Below, one piece after another: positions 50,931 to 61,140 of a stretch of 64,000 nucleotides of DNA. The notes below the pieces were generated by a model. That model was not told where the DNA came from and ran no database searches. It worked only from the letters and a program-made list of their open reading frames with translations. The translations under genes were made by a program, and so were the position numbers. Position 1 is the first letter of the stretch; each line of letters begins with the position of its first letter. This DNA is from Fimbriimonadales bacterium (GTDB lineage: Bacteria; Armatimonadota; Fimbriimonadia; Fimbriimonadales; ATM1), in the NCBI GenBank assembly GCA_041744215.1, contig JBGTLG010000036.1:27188-91187 (forward strand), in the 5' to 3' direction.

Positions 50931-51524
50931 TCAAACCCGGAAAAGTTCCTCCACAGGCTCCAAAAGCTCTCGAAGTGCGAGTCGCGCCCGATTGAGCCTG
51001 CTCTTCACGGTTCCAATAGGCAGCTCTAACGCCGACGCCATTTCCTCATAGGACAGATTTTCGACGTGATACATCACAATCATCACCCTCTGGTACTCGG
51101 GAAGATCGGTGATTGCCTGCTGGAGCAGTCGATGCCTTTCCGCCTTCTCGGACGCCTCGGCCGGAGTGTCGCTGGTGTCTTCGAGTTGCCTTGCAACTTC
51201 GCCTTCTTCCGTTTTGACCATCGAGTCGATGCTCTCGTGTTGGCGAAGCTTTTCCTTCTTGCGCATATCTAGGAAGCAGTTCGTCAAGATCCTAAAAAGC
51301 CAAGTACTGAACTGGCTTTCGCGGCGGAATCGATCGAGGTTCTTGTAAGCGCGGATAAATGCTTCGGCCGTCAGGTCAGCGGCTTGATCGGGGTCGGAGG
51401 TCAACCTGAATGCGAACTGATAGGCTCGCTGCTGGTATTTCCGAACGAGATCGTCGAGGGCGTCGCGGTCGCCCTGAACGCACCGCTCAATGAGCCTGCC
51501 GTCTTCAGAAAAAGCCAAGCTCAC
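50931..51524 (-). CDS. ECF RNA polymerase sigma factor
   Basis: FRRESQFSTWLFRI, LSYEEMA...PIGTVKSRLNRAR. Confidence 0.95.
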   Translation of the reverse strand: MSLAFSEDGRLIERCVQGDRDALDDLVRKYQQRAYQFAFRLTSDPDQAADLTAEAFIRAYKNLDRFRRESQFSTWLFRILTNCFLDMRKKEKLRQHESIDSMVKTEEGEVARQLEDTSDTPAEASEKAERHRLLQQAITDLPEYQRVMIVMYHVENLSYEEMASALELPIGTVKSRLNRARLALRELLEPVEELFRV

Positions 51525-52021
51525 AGATCCTCGCTCTCAACTGGCGAACGGGCAGCGAGTGCGATGGCGGCCTCTTCTTCAGGCGTTAGGGGGTGCGCCG
51601 ATCTTCCGTCCTTAAGGAGTTTGCAGTAAATCTTCACCTGCTGGCGACCGGTCAGCGTGTTCAAAACGACGCCGCTTCCCTGCGCGTTCTGAAATGCCAC
51701 CGCAAACGACTGGTCCCCGCCAACCTCTTCAAACGCGTTGTATCGAACCAGGCCGACACGCCCGACCTGCTCCAGCGCATCCCGCTCAAGCGCCGCCACC
51801 CTCGATCGGAGCTCCTCATTCGCCTCCTCGAGTCGAATCCGGCCTCTGGTGTGATCAATCAAAAGCTGCTCAAGGCTTTCGCCGCTGCTCCCTTGGAGGG
51901 CGGTGCGAACGGCGCCCAGCTCCTTCTTCTGACGTACAAAAAGCGCAACAAGCCCGAGCCCGACCAAGCCGATCAGACCAAAGATCAACGCGAGCATGAC
52001 AGAATCTATCTCCGAAGGCAT
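51521..52021 (-). CDS. DUF4446-like protein
   Basis: [21 protein letters not shown]...Y.K...L.PEE. Confidence 0.85.
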   Translation of the reverse strand: MPSEIDSVMLALIFGLIGLVGLGLVALFVRQKKELGAVRTALQGSSGESLEQLLIDHTRGRIRLEEANEELRSRVAALERDALEQVGRVGLVRYNAFEEVGGDQSFAVAFQNAQGSGVVLNTLTGRQQVKIYCKLLKDGRSAHPLTPEEEAAIALAARSPVESEDL

Positions 52022-52089
52022 GTCACAGCACCTGTCGCGAACCGCCAAACTGCGCAACAATTAACGGTCGTCCGATCATTCTACCGAGC

Positions 52090-52575
52090 ATGGAGTTCAA
52101 TCTGTCCCAGGAAGCACTGAAGCACGCCGTGCCGAAGAGGCGCGGAATGAAGCCTGCCGCCCGGAACTGGTTCCTGGTGGTTTTGCTGCTCGTCTTCCTG
52201 TTTCTCGTATTTTTCTTCCTAAATTTCCAGAGAGTTGTGGTCTCGGGTGTGTCGATGTATCCGACGTTTAAACCGAACCAGCGAATCCTGGTCTGTAAGG
52301 CGCTCTGGCTCGTAGGTCCGATCACAAAGGACGACATCGTCGTAATAAAGAGCACCGAAGCAAGCGAATACCTCGTCAAGCGCGTTCACTTCGTGGAGGG
52401 CCAAGAGGTAGACCGCAGCCTCCAACCCGAAAAGTGGAACTTCATGGAAGGCGCCTTCATCGTCCCGCCAGGACACGTGTACGTCCTCGGGGACAACCTG
52501 AGCAACAGCGAGGACAGTCGCGCGTTTGGGCCCGTACCGATGAGCGAGATTCTCGGGAAGGTCGTTGGAGGATGA
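52090..52575 (+). CDS. lepB: signal peptidase I
   Basis: [26 protein letters not shown]. Confidence 0.92.
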   Translation: MEFNLSQEALKHAVPKRRGMKPAARNWFLVVLLLVFLFLVFFFLNFQRVVVSGVSMYPTFKPNQRILVCKALWLVGPITKDDIVVIKSTEASEYLVKRVHFVEGQEVDRSLQPEKWNFMEGAFIVPPGHVYVLGDNLSNSEDSRAFGPVPMSEILGKVVGG

Positions 52576-53033
52576 GAAAGTTTCCAACGGGGAAGTGGCT
52601 AGACAATCGGCTCGAGTTTGTCGCGGCGCCATGCCGCCCGCCATTCCGACCGTTCGCCGCAATGATTTTCCTCTGGAAAGATGAGAAGGCGCTCCTATGC
52701 AACATATGCGATCGTGGATGGACTATTCCGAGTGGCCGAGTTGAAGCTGGCGAAGAGGGAATCAACGCCGCGCTGCGGGAAGCCCACGAAGAAGCAGGTG
52801 CGACCGCGCGCAATGTCAGGTATTTGGGATGCTATCGCATCAGCGATCCCCGTAACGTACGTTGGGCTGAGGTCTATGTTGGTGAAGTCGATCGACTGTC
52901 TCCCATCCCGGTAGAAAGCGAGTCGAATGGCCGTCAACTGGTAAGCAGAGAAGATCTTCCCACCGTCTATCATGCTTGGTCGGATCTGTTCGAGTGCATG
53001 TTTGATTACTCGCTCGAAGTGCTCAAGCGTTAA
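52572..53033 (+). CDS. NUDIX hydrolase
   Basis: Nudix box [22 protein letters not shown]. Confidence 0.9.
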   Translation: MRKFPTGKWLDNRLEFVAAPCRPPFRPFAAMIFLWKDEKALLCNICDRGWTIPSGRVEAGEEGINAALREAHEEAGATARNVRYLGCYRISDPRNVRWAEVYVGEVDRLSPIPVESESNGRQLVSREDLPTVYHAWSDLFECMFDYSLEVLKR

Positions 53034-53278
53034 CTGCATTTCGAAGCAATCAGCGCGTTCACAAGCACGGAAGCTGTGCAAACCAAAACCGCAAGCCACG
53101 CATGGCCCAATGAAGCAATGTAAATCGCGATGACGCTAGGCGCGAAAGCGATAGCCCGTATCAAGTACGCAGTCATACGGCCCACCTCAAAGCTAAAGAA
53201 ACTAATACTTGCGAACACTGCGCTAACAAGCTGCACACTGAGAAGAACGCCAAGCAGAAGGAATAGCACAGCACTCAC
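53030..53278 (-). CDS. small hypothetical membrane protein
   Basis: GTG overlapping the upstream stop; three hydrophobic segments. Confidence 0.5.
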   Translation of the reverse strand: MSAVLFLLLGVLLSVQLVSAVFASISFFSFEVGRMTAYLIRAIAFAPSVIAIYIASLGHAWLAVLVCTASVLVNALIASKCS

Positions 53279-54024
53279 GATGTGCCGACAGTCTCTCGCC
53301 GAAGCCCCTGGTATGCAAACCGCATCAACGTCTTTAGATTGACAACATCCTCGGCGTTGTAGCGCACCAACAAGTCGAGGGCTCGCGTATCGCCGCGGGA
53401 AGCGTGTCTCCAAAGCGTGATTGCGTCGCGGCCCGTCAAGCCGTCCGTGTCCCCCTCGCGCGCTATCCCTAACTCCCTTTCGATTCGTTTCAGCCCGCCC
53501 CGATACCCGAGTCGTCTCATCGCTGGGCACAGATCGATATGCATCTGATCGAAGGGAAGTGTGAAATACATCCGCTTGAGCATCGGGATGTCGAACCCCC
53601 CGCCAAAAAATGTCACAAGCGTTCCGAAAGATTCGAGGTATTTCGGGAACGCATCAAGATCTTTGCCTTTGATGAACGCTCTGTATTCGTTTCCGTCATA
53701 ACAGCCGATCACAGTTATAGAGGAACCTGCCCAACCGCCGTCAGTCTCAATGTCAAGATACAGCAACCGATCCTCCCACTCAGGAAACACGCGCCAGTGT
53801 TCGCGATTAGGCAGACGCTTGCCGAAGTAACGGTAGTCTCGGTGCTCAAGCCGCTGCTGGCTGTTCTTTAGAACCCGATCCAACGATCGTCTCGCAACCC
53901 CATCGATTGAATACTGAGTTGGCGAAGCAAGAACGTCGTCCCACGTCATCGCGCCTTGCGACCAAAGGTCGCGCTCAGCGGCGGGCTGAATCCCTGGAAT
54001 ATGGATGAATGTAGACTTTAACAA
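53275..54024 (-). CDS. RNase H-like exonuclease (YprB family)
   Basis: YLDIET, FDIP, HIDL, GGLKRIE, YNAEDV. Confidence 0.88.
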   Translation of the reverse strand: MLKSTFIHIPGIQPAAERDLWSQGAMTWDDVLASPTQYSIDGVARRSLDRVLKNSQQRLEHRDYRYFGKRLPNREHWRVFPEWEDRLLYLDIETDGGWAGSSITVIGCYDGNEYRAFIKGKDLDAFPKYLESFGTLVTFFGGGFDIPMLKRMYFTLPFDQMHIDLCPAMRRLGYRGGLKRIERELGIAREGDTDGLTGRDAITLWRHASRGDTRALDLLVRYNAEDVVNLKTLMRFAYQGLRRETVGTS

Positions 54025-54036
54025 GTGAACCCGAGT

Positions 54037-55131
54037 TTACCGGAACGCGTCCGCTACTGCCCAGCCGCATATGGTTCCCAGAAGCAGAATGTTCCCGCCC
54101 CATAAGGCTGTCTGGTCCCAAGATATAAAAGGTGAGAGTGCGCTCATCACCGAGTACGAAGCAGTCAGTACTGCGACTACAAAAAACGCCCTGCTCATGC
54201 TGTACGTGAAGGATCGCTGCGCCAATCCAAACAATACATATAGAAACCCCGCAAGCCAAAAGTTGAGCAACCCGACAACACTCAGCACACTCGCCGTGCT
54301 GAGCCTCCCCGTACTGCCTCTCGCGATCGTTTCCCAGCGGTCGAATATCGTCGTGAGCGACATGGTCGCGCCAATCGCCACGCCGTTGACGAACATCATG
54401 ACGATCAATCCAACGGTCCACGTTTGAATGAACTGCGGCCCACTGCTCATCGGCTGCTCCCGAGCGATCGCGACATACGACATCATAAGGCCGCTCAAAA
54501 CCGCGACTCCCCACAATGCAACACTCGGCCCGCGAATCTGCGTAACAGTACCAAACCGGTCAACCTCGCCAAGCTGTTGAAACAACGATTCGTAGCGGCG
54601 CTGAAAAGTTTGGTTTTGCGGGTCATGCTGAATCGCGAGCGCATACTTCTCGAGCGCCGTCCGCAGGTCCTGCCTTGCACGCGCAACATCACCGAGAATC
54701 GCGTGCGCCATCGCCGTTCGCGGATTCATTCGCAAAACCGACATCGCCACCGCCGACGCACGATCGAACTTACCTTGAGCGAGCAGACCCGCTGCCTCCG
54801 CAATTCTCGCCGAGATGTCAGGGGCATCGCTCGTGCGAGTTGTCGAAACTCGCGTCTTCGTCGGTTCCTGCCTCCTGCTGGAATCTGTACTTGCACGCGA
54901 TGCTTGCTCTCGCTTCATCCGCAGAACAATGTCGTAGTTATTCCGGCGCACCGGATCGGAGAGAACCTCGTAAGCTTGTGTTACTCTAACAAACCGATCA
55001 GTTGTCCTCGTGTCGCCAGAACGGTCTGGATGGAGCTTCATAACAAGCCGACGGTATGCGCGCCGGATGTCTTCCGGCGACGAGTTCTCAGCCACACCGA
55101 GAACCTCATAGTGCGTGACCTCACTCCGCAC
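54037..55131 (-). CDS. J-domain + TPR + multi-TM membrane protein
   Basis: HYEVLG...HPD, TPRs, C-terminal hydrophobic helices. Confidence 0.8.
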   Translation of the reverse strand: MRSEVTHYEVLGVAENSSPEDIRRAYRRLVMKLHPDRSGDTRTTDRFVRVTQAYEVLSDPVRRNNYDIVLRMKREQASRASTDSSRRQEPTKTRVSTTRTSDAPDISARIAEAAGLLAQGKFDRASAVAMSVLRMNPRTAMAHAILGDVARARQDLRTALEKYALAIQHDPQNQTFQRRYESLFQQLGEVDRFGTVTQIRGPSVALWGVAVLSGLMMSYVAIAREQPMSSGPQFIQTWTVGLIVMMFVNGVAIGATMSLTTIFDRWETIARGSTGRLSTASVLSVVGLLNFWLAGFLYVLFGLAQRSFTYSMSRAFFVVAVLTASYSVMSALSPFISWDQTALWGGNILLLGTICGWAVADAFR

Positions 55132-56326
55132 CGTAACTTTCCAGCATCCGACCGTAGTTCATGAAGAATGAAACGACAATGAAGCCGACGATCACTGCCA
55201 TGATCAGCACGACACCAACCTGAAGCACATGCGCCGTCTTTTCCATACGAACATCCGCTTCGTCCTCATACTGAGTCGCCACGTGATCCAGCATCGCCTC
55301 CATGTTTCCGCTGCGTTCGCCAGTCGCAGACATGTCAAGCGCGATGTTCGAGAAAGCGCCAGTTCGAGCCATCGACTCTGAAATCCCTTTCCCTTCTGCA
55401 AGCCACTTCGCAGCAGGCCGAATCCTCCATCGAAGCGACTCATTGCCGCAAGCGTCCGCTGCCATTGTCAAAGACTCAGTCACCGGAACCCCGCCAGCAT
55501 AAAGCGCAGAGAAAGCGCGGCTAAACTTCGCTAACGCATAAATGTAAAGTGTCGTGCCAATGTAGGGCACTTTCAATAGGAATGCATCCCAACCCATTCG
55601 GATCGATGGTATCTCTAACAGCAGTCGAAAGAAAATGATGGTCGAGATCAAAAACGTAATCACAACCGGCCAGAACCAAGGCTGCTCGGATAAAGAGAAG
55701 ATTGGTAGCAACTGGGCGGAGCTGGGAGCTATCCCTTTGATGATCGCAGCGGTCGCGATCGGAATAAGTATGATCGCAACCAGCAACAGCTTCGGATAAA
55801 ACGTCGCTCGCTTGATTCGGTTGCGCAAGCGAATCTCGCGATCCAGATAATCAGCGCACTGCTGGAGGCTCACGTCCATGACCCCGCCTCGCTCTCCAAC
55901 TACGATCAAACTCGTCAACAAACCTCCGAACACCTCGGGGTACTTCTTCATACAGTCCGATATCGTTCGCCCGGCCAAGACGAACTCGCGCATATCCCAG
56001 ATAACCGCCCTCAGCTTCATATGCGAAGTGCTCTTTGCAACCGTATCGAGTGACTGAACAAGGGGGACGCCTGCACGATACATTGAATTCAGCTGCGCGA
56101 AGAACCGCTGCAGCGCCTCTCGGTTCACACGACCGCCTAATGGCGCTATCAAGTGCTTCGTGATAACGTTCCGATCCTCAGCAAACGGCTGGCCCGGCGT
56201 TAGCGCTTCCACCAGCAGGCCGGATCCGGTCAGATGGTCGCGAGCGTGCCGCTCGCTCAAGGCCTCGACGACCCCGGTTTGCCGCTGGCCTGCGGGATCC
56301 AAAGCGATGTAGGAATAAGTCGGCAT
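55121..56326 (-). CDS. type II secretion/type IV pilus platform protein (GspF/PilC family)
   Basis: MPTYSYIALD, AGVPLVQSL, VGERGG, TGERSG. Confidence 0.9.
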   Translation of the reverse strand: MPTYSYIALDPAGQRQTGVVEALSERHARDHLTGSGLLVEALTPGQPFAEDRNVITKHLIAPLGGRVNREALQRFFAQLNSMYRAGVPLVQSLDTVAKSTSHMKLRAVIWDMREFVLAGRTISDCMKKYPEVFGGLLTSLIVVGERGGVMDVSLQQCADYLDREIRLRNRIKRATFYPKLLLVAIILIPIATAAIIKGIAPSSAQLLPIFSLSEQPWFWPVVITFLISTIIFFRLLLEIPSIRMGWDAFLLKVPYIGTTLYIYALAKFSRAFSALYAGGVPVTESLTMAADACGNESLRWRIRPAAKWLAEGKGISESMARTGAFSNIALDMSATGERSGNMEAMLDHVATQYEDEADVRMEKTAHVLQVGVVLIMAVIVGFIVVSFFMNYGRMLESYGAE

Positions 56327-56398
56327 CAGTTCTCTCAGTGGTTGGTCACAGTATCAGTTTTGGCAACTCGTCGTATAGCTGTAGACGGAAAGGCGAGC

Positions 56399-57589
56399 CT
56401 ATTCATCCATGTACTTGCCCACTTCATCAACGGCGCGCCCATAGTATCCGTACGCCACGTAGCAAGCCAGCGCACCTGTCCCCAGCAGGATCAGAAGGCA
56501 GCCCAATGAGGCGAGGCCTGCGTTCGTCCTCAGCTTGCCAACTTCAAACCCCTCGTTCGCCAGGCCGACCATCCGATCGAGCGTTCCAACCATGTCCCCG
56601 GTCTGCTCCGCCGTTTGAATCATCGGTCCGTACTCATCCGGAAACAGACCCGATGCCTGAAAAGCAATCGATGCCCGCGTCTCGCTGCCCATCTGGTCGG
56701 CAGCCCGCGAAAGTCGCACGGCCACGTCCGCATTCGGAGCCGATGCTGCGGAAACTGCCCACGCTGTCGAAGGCGGAACACCCCCTGACGACATATTCCT
56801 GAACGTCCAGAGAAACGCCCTGATCGATTCCATTCGTGCACGCATCCCAATACCGAGTGGCAACTTCAGCACTAATGAATGGCGCAATCTAACGTTCGAT
56901 CGCAGCTTAAGCCACCATTGCAGAATGTAATAGAAGCCGCCGATGGCCGCGCCGATTGGCAAGACCGGCCACAAAAGCTGCGCGACGTAAGACTTGAAGA
57001 ACATTTGCGCGGTGCCGTCGTGGAACCCCGCCCAAAAAGCATTTGGGATAGGCACCATCAGAACCAGTGTCAGGTACGTTTGCCAACCCAACATCCGAAA
57101 GATCCAAAAGCGCCGCTTGAAAGTCGTCGATTCGGCATAGTGTTGCCCTAGGTAGTCCAAAGCCTCAGGCAGAAAACCGCCGATCTCACCAGCACGCACC
57201 ATCGCCACATCGTTGTGTGGGAACAAATCGACGAACCGATCCATAACCTTGCTGATCCCGGTACCCTCCCTCGCGTAACTCGATATCGCGACACACGCCC
57301 TCTGCAGCGATGCATTCGTAACGCGACCTGCGAGCGTTCCAAAGGCATCGAACGGATTGATCCCGGCTCGGATCAGCGAAGCCGCTTGCGTATACATGTA
57401 CATGCGATCCTGATCGTTCGCGCGGCCCGAGCGCACTACCTCCGAGCTCGACTTATCGTCGATAAACCGCACGTTCTGATACCCTTTGCTAAACAATTGG
57501 CTGGACGCGACCGAAGCATCTTTGGCCTGGGTCGTCCCGTCGACGGTCTTTCCCGTCGAGTCAGTCGCGGTGTATCGAAAGAACGGCAT
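56399..57589 (-). CDS. divergent GspF/PilC family protein
   Basis: MPFFRYTATD, AGEIGGFLPEAL, TAEQTG. Confidence 0.85.
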   Translation of the reverse strand: MPFFRYTATDSTGKTVDGTTQAKDASVASSQLFSKGYQNVRFIDDKSSSEVVRSGRANDQDRMYMYTQAASLIRAGINPFDAFGTLAGRVTNASLQRACVAISSYAREGTGISKVMDRFVDLFPHNDVAMVRAGEIGGFLPEALDYLGQHYAESTTFKRRFWIFRMLGWQTYLTLVLMVPIPNAFWAGFHDGTAQMFFKSYVAQLLWPVLPIGAAIGGFYYILQWWLKLRSNVRLRHSLVLKLPLGIGMRARMESIRAFLWTFRNMSSGGVPPSTAWAVSAASAPNADVAVRLSRAADQMGSETRASIAFQASGLFPDEYGPMIQTAEQTGDMVGTLDRMVGLANEGFEVGKLRTNAGLASLGCLLILLGTGALACYVAYGYYGRAVDEVGKYMDE

Positions 57590-58067
57590 CGTTCCAAACT
57601 CTCACAGACTGTGAAGCAATCTCAGCGTCTTGCGATCGTGACGCAACGGTTCTATTCCCAATAAGCAATTCTGGCGCAATTTCAGCCAGCGGCTCCAGAA
57701 CGAATCGGCGCTCCATTAACTTGGGATGGGGCAGTGTCAATTCGTCCGACGCGAGCTCGCTTCCTGGTAGTAGCGCAAGCAGATCGATGTCGATCTCGCG
57801 AGGAGCATTCCGCTCCCGCTCGATGCGACCGATTTCGCGCTCAATCTCTTTGCACGCGCGCAGCAGCTCGATCGGCCCAATCTCCGTCTCGATCTCAGTC
57901 GCAGCATTCAAAAACGAAGGTTGGTCGGCGACGTACATCGGTGCCGTTTCATAAATCCTCGATATCTTCACGACGCGGCCAGCGCGCAGGTCAATGAAGT
58001 TCACGGCCGCCTGGAGGTTTGCCAGACGGTCGCCAAGATTGCTTCCGAGACCGATGAACGCGCGCAT
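57561..58067 (-). CDS. folK: 2-amino-4-hydroxy-6-hydroxymethyldihydropteridine diphosphokinase
   Basis: IGLGSNLG, FLNAA, PREIDIDLL, PHP...RRFVL. Confidence 0.95.
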   Translation of the reverse strand: MRAFIGLGSNLGDRLANLQAAVNFIDLRAGRVVKISRIYETAPMYVADQPSFLNAATEIETEIGPIELLRACKEIEREIGRIERERNAPREIDIDLLALLPGSELASDELTLPHPKLMERRFVLEPLAEIAPELLIGNRTVASRSQDAEIASQSVRVWNDAVLSIHRD

Positions 58068-58088
58068 TGAGCAGGAGAATAGTATGGG

Positions 58089-59048
58089 CTAAACGTGCCC
58101 CTTCGGTGCGGCCAGCGCTAGCAAAACAAGCCCAACCAAGTAAAGCAGGATAGACACCACAACCTCCCGCTTATGCTTCTCGATGTGAACTTCCTTGAAA
58201 ATCCACACACCCCACGCAATGGCGATTAGCGTAGACAGGTTCGTAACTGGCCAACTCACCGCCATCGGTACGTACAGCATCGCAACGGTCCCCATCGTCT
58301 GCGCAACGATCCATATGCTTCCGGCGATCTGCCCCAACCTGAACTCCCTAAAGCCAGGCCACTTTGGCCAAATCTGACGCCTCACCAGCAGCAGCGCTAC
58401 CGACGACGAGGCCAGCACTCCTATGCCGAGCCAGGCGCAGATCGTCACTGCGTCCATATCATTCCTTAGCGCGTGCTTGACTGGAATCGCATACAGACCA
58501 TAAAAGAAGGCAGTCAATGCAGAGTAGATCCAGCCGCGAGTCATCAGCGCCCGCTTCTCAACTTCGCTGAGCCGATTGTCGTAGGCGATCGCTCGCTCGT
58601 TTTCGTTTGCGCCCGCCTTGCCAAGAACCGACGCGGCCGAGATCATGAATCCAACTCCACCAAGAGCCATCAACAGAGATTGGGGATCGCTCAGCGTGTA
58701 CTCGCCAAACAGCGCGATCCCATAAATGGCCGCAAACATAGGTGCCAAGTTCTTAACGGGTGTGCTCCTCGCAACTCCGATATGGTCAACCGCTTTGCTA
58801 TAGCAAATCGAGCCCGCTGTCCAAACAGGCCCGCAGATCAGAGCAAAAAAGACCATCGGATGCGAAATGTCTAAACCCGCGCCAAACAGAAATGCGAACA
58901 GCACACCGAGCGGAGCAACCGCCAAGCCAAGCCAACATTGATATTCGAGAACCGGCAAGCGACTCAGCTTTCGCGGGAAAATGTAGGCTGCGAACGGAAT
59001 CGCTGCAAGCGCCGCAATCACGAAACCTAAGAGAGGCGCATCCTTCAC
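58089..59048 (-). CDS. DMT-superfamily (GRP sugar transporter-like) membrane protein
   Basis: About 10 TM, IGVARSTP, WGVWIFKE. Confidence 0.7.
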   Translation of the reverse strand: MKDAPLLGFVIAALAAIPFAAYIFPRKLSRLPVLEYQCWLGLAVAPLGVLFAFLFGAGLDISHPMVFFALICGPVWTAGSICYSKAVDHIGVARSTPVKNLAPMFAAIYGIALFGEYTLSDPQSLLMALGGVGFMISAASVLGKAGANENERAIAYDNRLSEVEKRALMTRGWIYSALTAFFYGLYAIPVKHALRNDMDAVTICAWLGIGVLASSSVALLLVRRQIWPKWPGFREFRLGQIAGSIWIVAQTMGTVAMLYVPMAVSWPVTNLSTLIAIAWGVWIFKEVHIEKHKREVVVSILLYLVGLVLLALAAPKGHV

Positions 59049-60019
59049 GCCGCTTCGTCCCAATCGCCGATGTAGAGAACTTCCTCTTCCAACTCCACAC
59101 CGAAACGATCGCGAACGCGCGACTTCGCGAGCTCAGCAAGCGCGCGAATGTCCGTCGCCGTCGCGCCGCCCAGGTTGCAAACGTAGTTCGCGTGTCTCGT
59201 CGTGATTTGTGCCCGACCGATCGACGCTCCCTTCAGACCGCAAGCGTCCATCAGGAAGCCAGCGGGAATAACACCGCTTGCGCGCATGCCGTCGGTAAGC
59301 CCATCGATTTCTTGCGCGAGCCGATAGTCGTTTACATTTTTGAAAAAGGACCCAGCGCTTGCATGGGGAGGCTGCTTCATGATCCGTTGCCGTTGATAAT
59401 CCCGCGCACGATCATAAATCGTCTTCGGGTTCTCGATCGGCAGGTCCAATCTGACAGACAGCAGCGCGATCGACGGAGGATCGCTTCGACGCAGCAGAGA
59501 ATCGCGATACGAAAACTCAAGGTACGACTTCGGAACCCACTTCCGAACGCCGTCTCGAACGATCTCGATAGATATCAATCGGTTTGCGATGTTCGCGCGA
59601 TACGCTCCGGCGTTGCTCACAAGCGCGCCTCCCAGCGTCCCAGGTATTCCAACAGCAAACTCAAGTCCGGCGCGGTTGTGCTGGGCCGCTTTCAAAAACA
59701 GGTCCTGAAACCAGCAACCCGTCTCCGCATACGTTTCCTCACCAATGTCGATCCTTGCGCACCCGTTGATAATCACAAGTGCATCGATCCCCTTGTCGCT
59801 TGGCAAAACGTTGCTGCCCGACCCAAGAAAGACGTGCCGGACATCCATGGTCTGAACGGTCGCCGCAAGCTTCGCGAACGTATCGAGTCGATTGACTTCG
59901 ACAAGGTATCGCGCGGGTCCCCCCGCCTGCAACGTCGTGTAAAGCGACATAGGCGCGTTCTCTCTGATCACGACGTCGTCCTCGAAGTGATCGCGTAGGA
60001 AACTAATCGCGCGATCCAT
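59045..60019 (-). CDS. murB: UDP-N-acetylmuramate dehydrogenase
   Basis: LGSGSN, GIPGTLGGA..NAGA, SAGSFFKN, HAN, LEEEV. Confidence 0.95.
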   Translation of the reverse strand: MDRAISFLRDHFEDDVVIRENAPMSLYTTLQAGGPARYLVEVNRLDTFAKLAATVQTMDVRHVFLGSGSNVLPSDKGIDALVIINGCARIDIGEETYAETGCWFQDLFLKAAQHNRAGLEFAVGIPGTLGGALVSNAGAYRANIANRLISIEIVRDGVRKWVPKSYLEFSYRDSLLRRSDPPSIALLSVRLDLPIENPKTIYDRARDYQRQRIMKQPPHASAGSFFKNVNDYRLAQEIDGLTDGMRASGVIPAGFLMDACGLKGASIGRAQITTRHANYVCNLGGATATDIRALAELAKSRVRDRFGVELEEEVLYIGDWDEAA

Positions 60020-60025
60020 AGGCAG

Positions 60026-60571
60026 CTATTCTGGCACCTGCGTTTTGTAAGGAACCTTGGGCTGACTGATGCTTGGCTCCAAAACGTAGTCTGGTAACAA
60101 CTCCTCGGGCTCAACGAGGCGCAATGTTGGGAGCAGTGCCTCTGCCCGTACAGCGTCCGGCACGGCCATTGATGCAGACTTCAGCCTCGCATCAGTGTCG
60201 GGAACAACTTCGACTCCAGCAGTACGAAGGAAGAACTGCCCTTTTCTCGCGGGAATCGCCGCGGCCCCGCTCGATATCAAATCGAACGCCGAAATTCCCG
60301 CCGCCTTTTTGCCAAGGGCAAACGCCAAAGTCTTCGCCAGCATGACCCCAACCTTGACCCCAGTAAACGAACCCGGGCCGACATCAGCGACGAACAAATC
60401 GACATCCTTGACCTCCACCCCGTTCTCTGACAGCAGGCGCCGCAACACTCGGATCGCCGCGCCGCTCGCAGCGCGTGGCGCGACCTCAAACCCATGCCCG
60501 ATCGCTTTCCCGTCGCGAAACAGAGCGACCGAAGCCGTAGGTGAAGAGGTGGATATCACAAGGATGATCAT
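60026..60571 (-). CDS. tsaB: tRNA threonylcarbamoyladenosine biosynthesis protein TsaB
   Basis: GPGSFTGVKVG; adjacent to tsaE. Confidence 0.9.
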   Translation of the reverse strand: MIILVISTSSPTASVALFRDGKAIGHGFEVAPRAASGAAIRVLRRLLSENGVEVKDVDLFVADVGPGSFTGVKVGVMLAKTLAFALGKKAAGISAFDLISSGAAAIPARKGQFFLRTAGVEVVPDTDARLKSASMAVPDAVRAEALLPTLRLVEPEELLPDYVLEPSISQPKVPYKTQVPE

Positions 60572-60975
60572 TCGGGAAAGCCCTCGATTGTAACCTCGCG
60601 ACTCTCCCCGGCAAACTCGATCCGAATCGTCGCCGCGTCTGCGGGCAAAAAACCTTCCGCAACTTCCGGCCACTCGATCAAACAGAAGTGAGTCTCGAAG
60701 TACTCTTCCAGCCCCAAGCTTCGCAGCTCCTCTGGCGTTCCAACCCGATAAAGGTCAGCATGACAAACCGGCGGTTCGGTCGGGTACTCGTGAATCAGGT
60801 TGAACGTCGGCGAGCGCACTTCCTCAGTCCAGCCCAGCCCCCGCATCATTCCCCGAGCCAACGTCGTCTTCCCCGCGCCTAGCGGCCCAATCAGGCCGAC
60901 AACCACACCACGCGCCCCGCACGAGGACAGCGACATTCCCAACTCCAACATCTGCTCTTCACTATCGACGCGCAC
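60568..60975 (-). CDS. tsaE: tRNA threonylcarbamoyladenosine biosynthesis ATPase TsaE
   Basis: GPLGAGKTT, SPTF, HADLYR, IEWP. Confidence 0.95.
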   Translation of the reverse strand: MRVDSEEQMLELGMSLSSCGARGVVVGLIGPLGAGKTTLARGMMRGLGWTEEVRSPTFNLIHEYPTEPPVCHADLYRVGTPEELRSLGLEEYFETHFCLIEWPEVAEGFLPADAATIRIEFAGESREVTIEGFPE

Positions 60976-61002
60976 ACCTTGTAATACCCCGCTTCTAGAA
61001 CT

Positions 61003-61140
61003 TGGAGTGGTCCTCTCCCAGAAACGGAACGCGTAGTAAAGAGTAAACTTTCCACTGAGAACGGGCTGTGAACAAGTCGAAGTTAACCGAGGAGCAGATC
61101 GCCGGGATCTTCGAAGAAGCGGCTTCCGGCGAGAAGAGGC
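61003..61140 (+). mobile_element. IS3-family remnant (putative left end plus about 24 codons of OrfA)
   Basis: MNKSKLTEEQIAGIFEEAASGEK resembles the IS3 OrfA start (MKKSRFTEEQI..IL.E); TGGTCCTCTCCC... upstream resembles an IS3 terminal repeat. Confidence 0.6.

Noticed and set aside
58760-59998. Long antisense ORFs (412 aa opposite murB; also 11793-12500, 17003-17752, 21760-23193, 48194-48856)
   Set aside because: Shadow frames of well-conserved genes in GC-rich DNA, with no recognisable motifs
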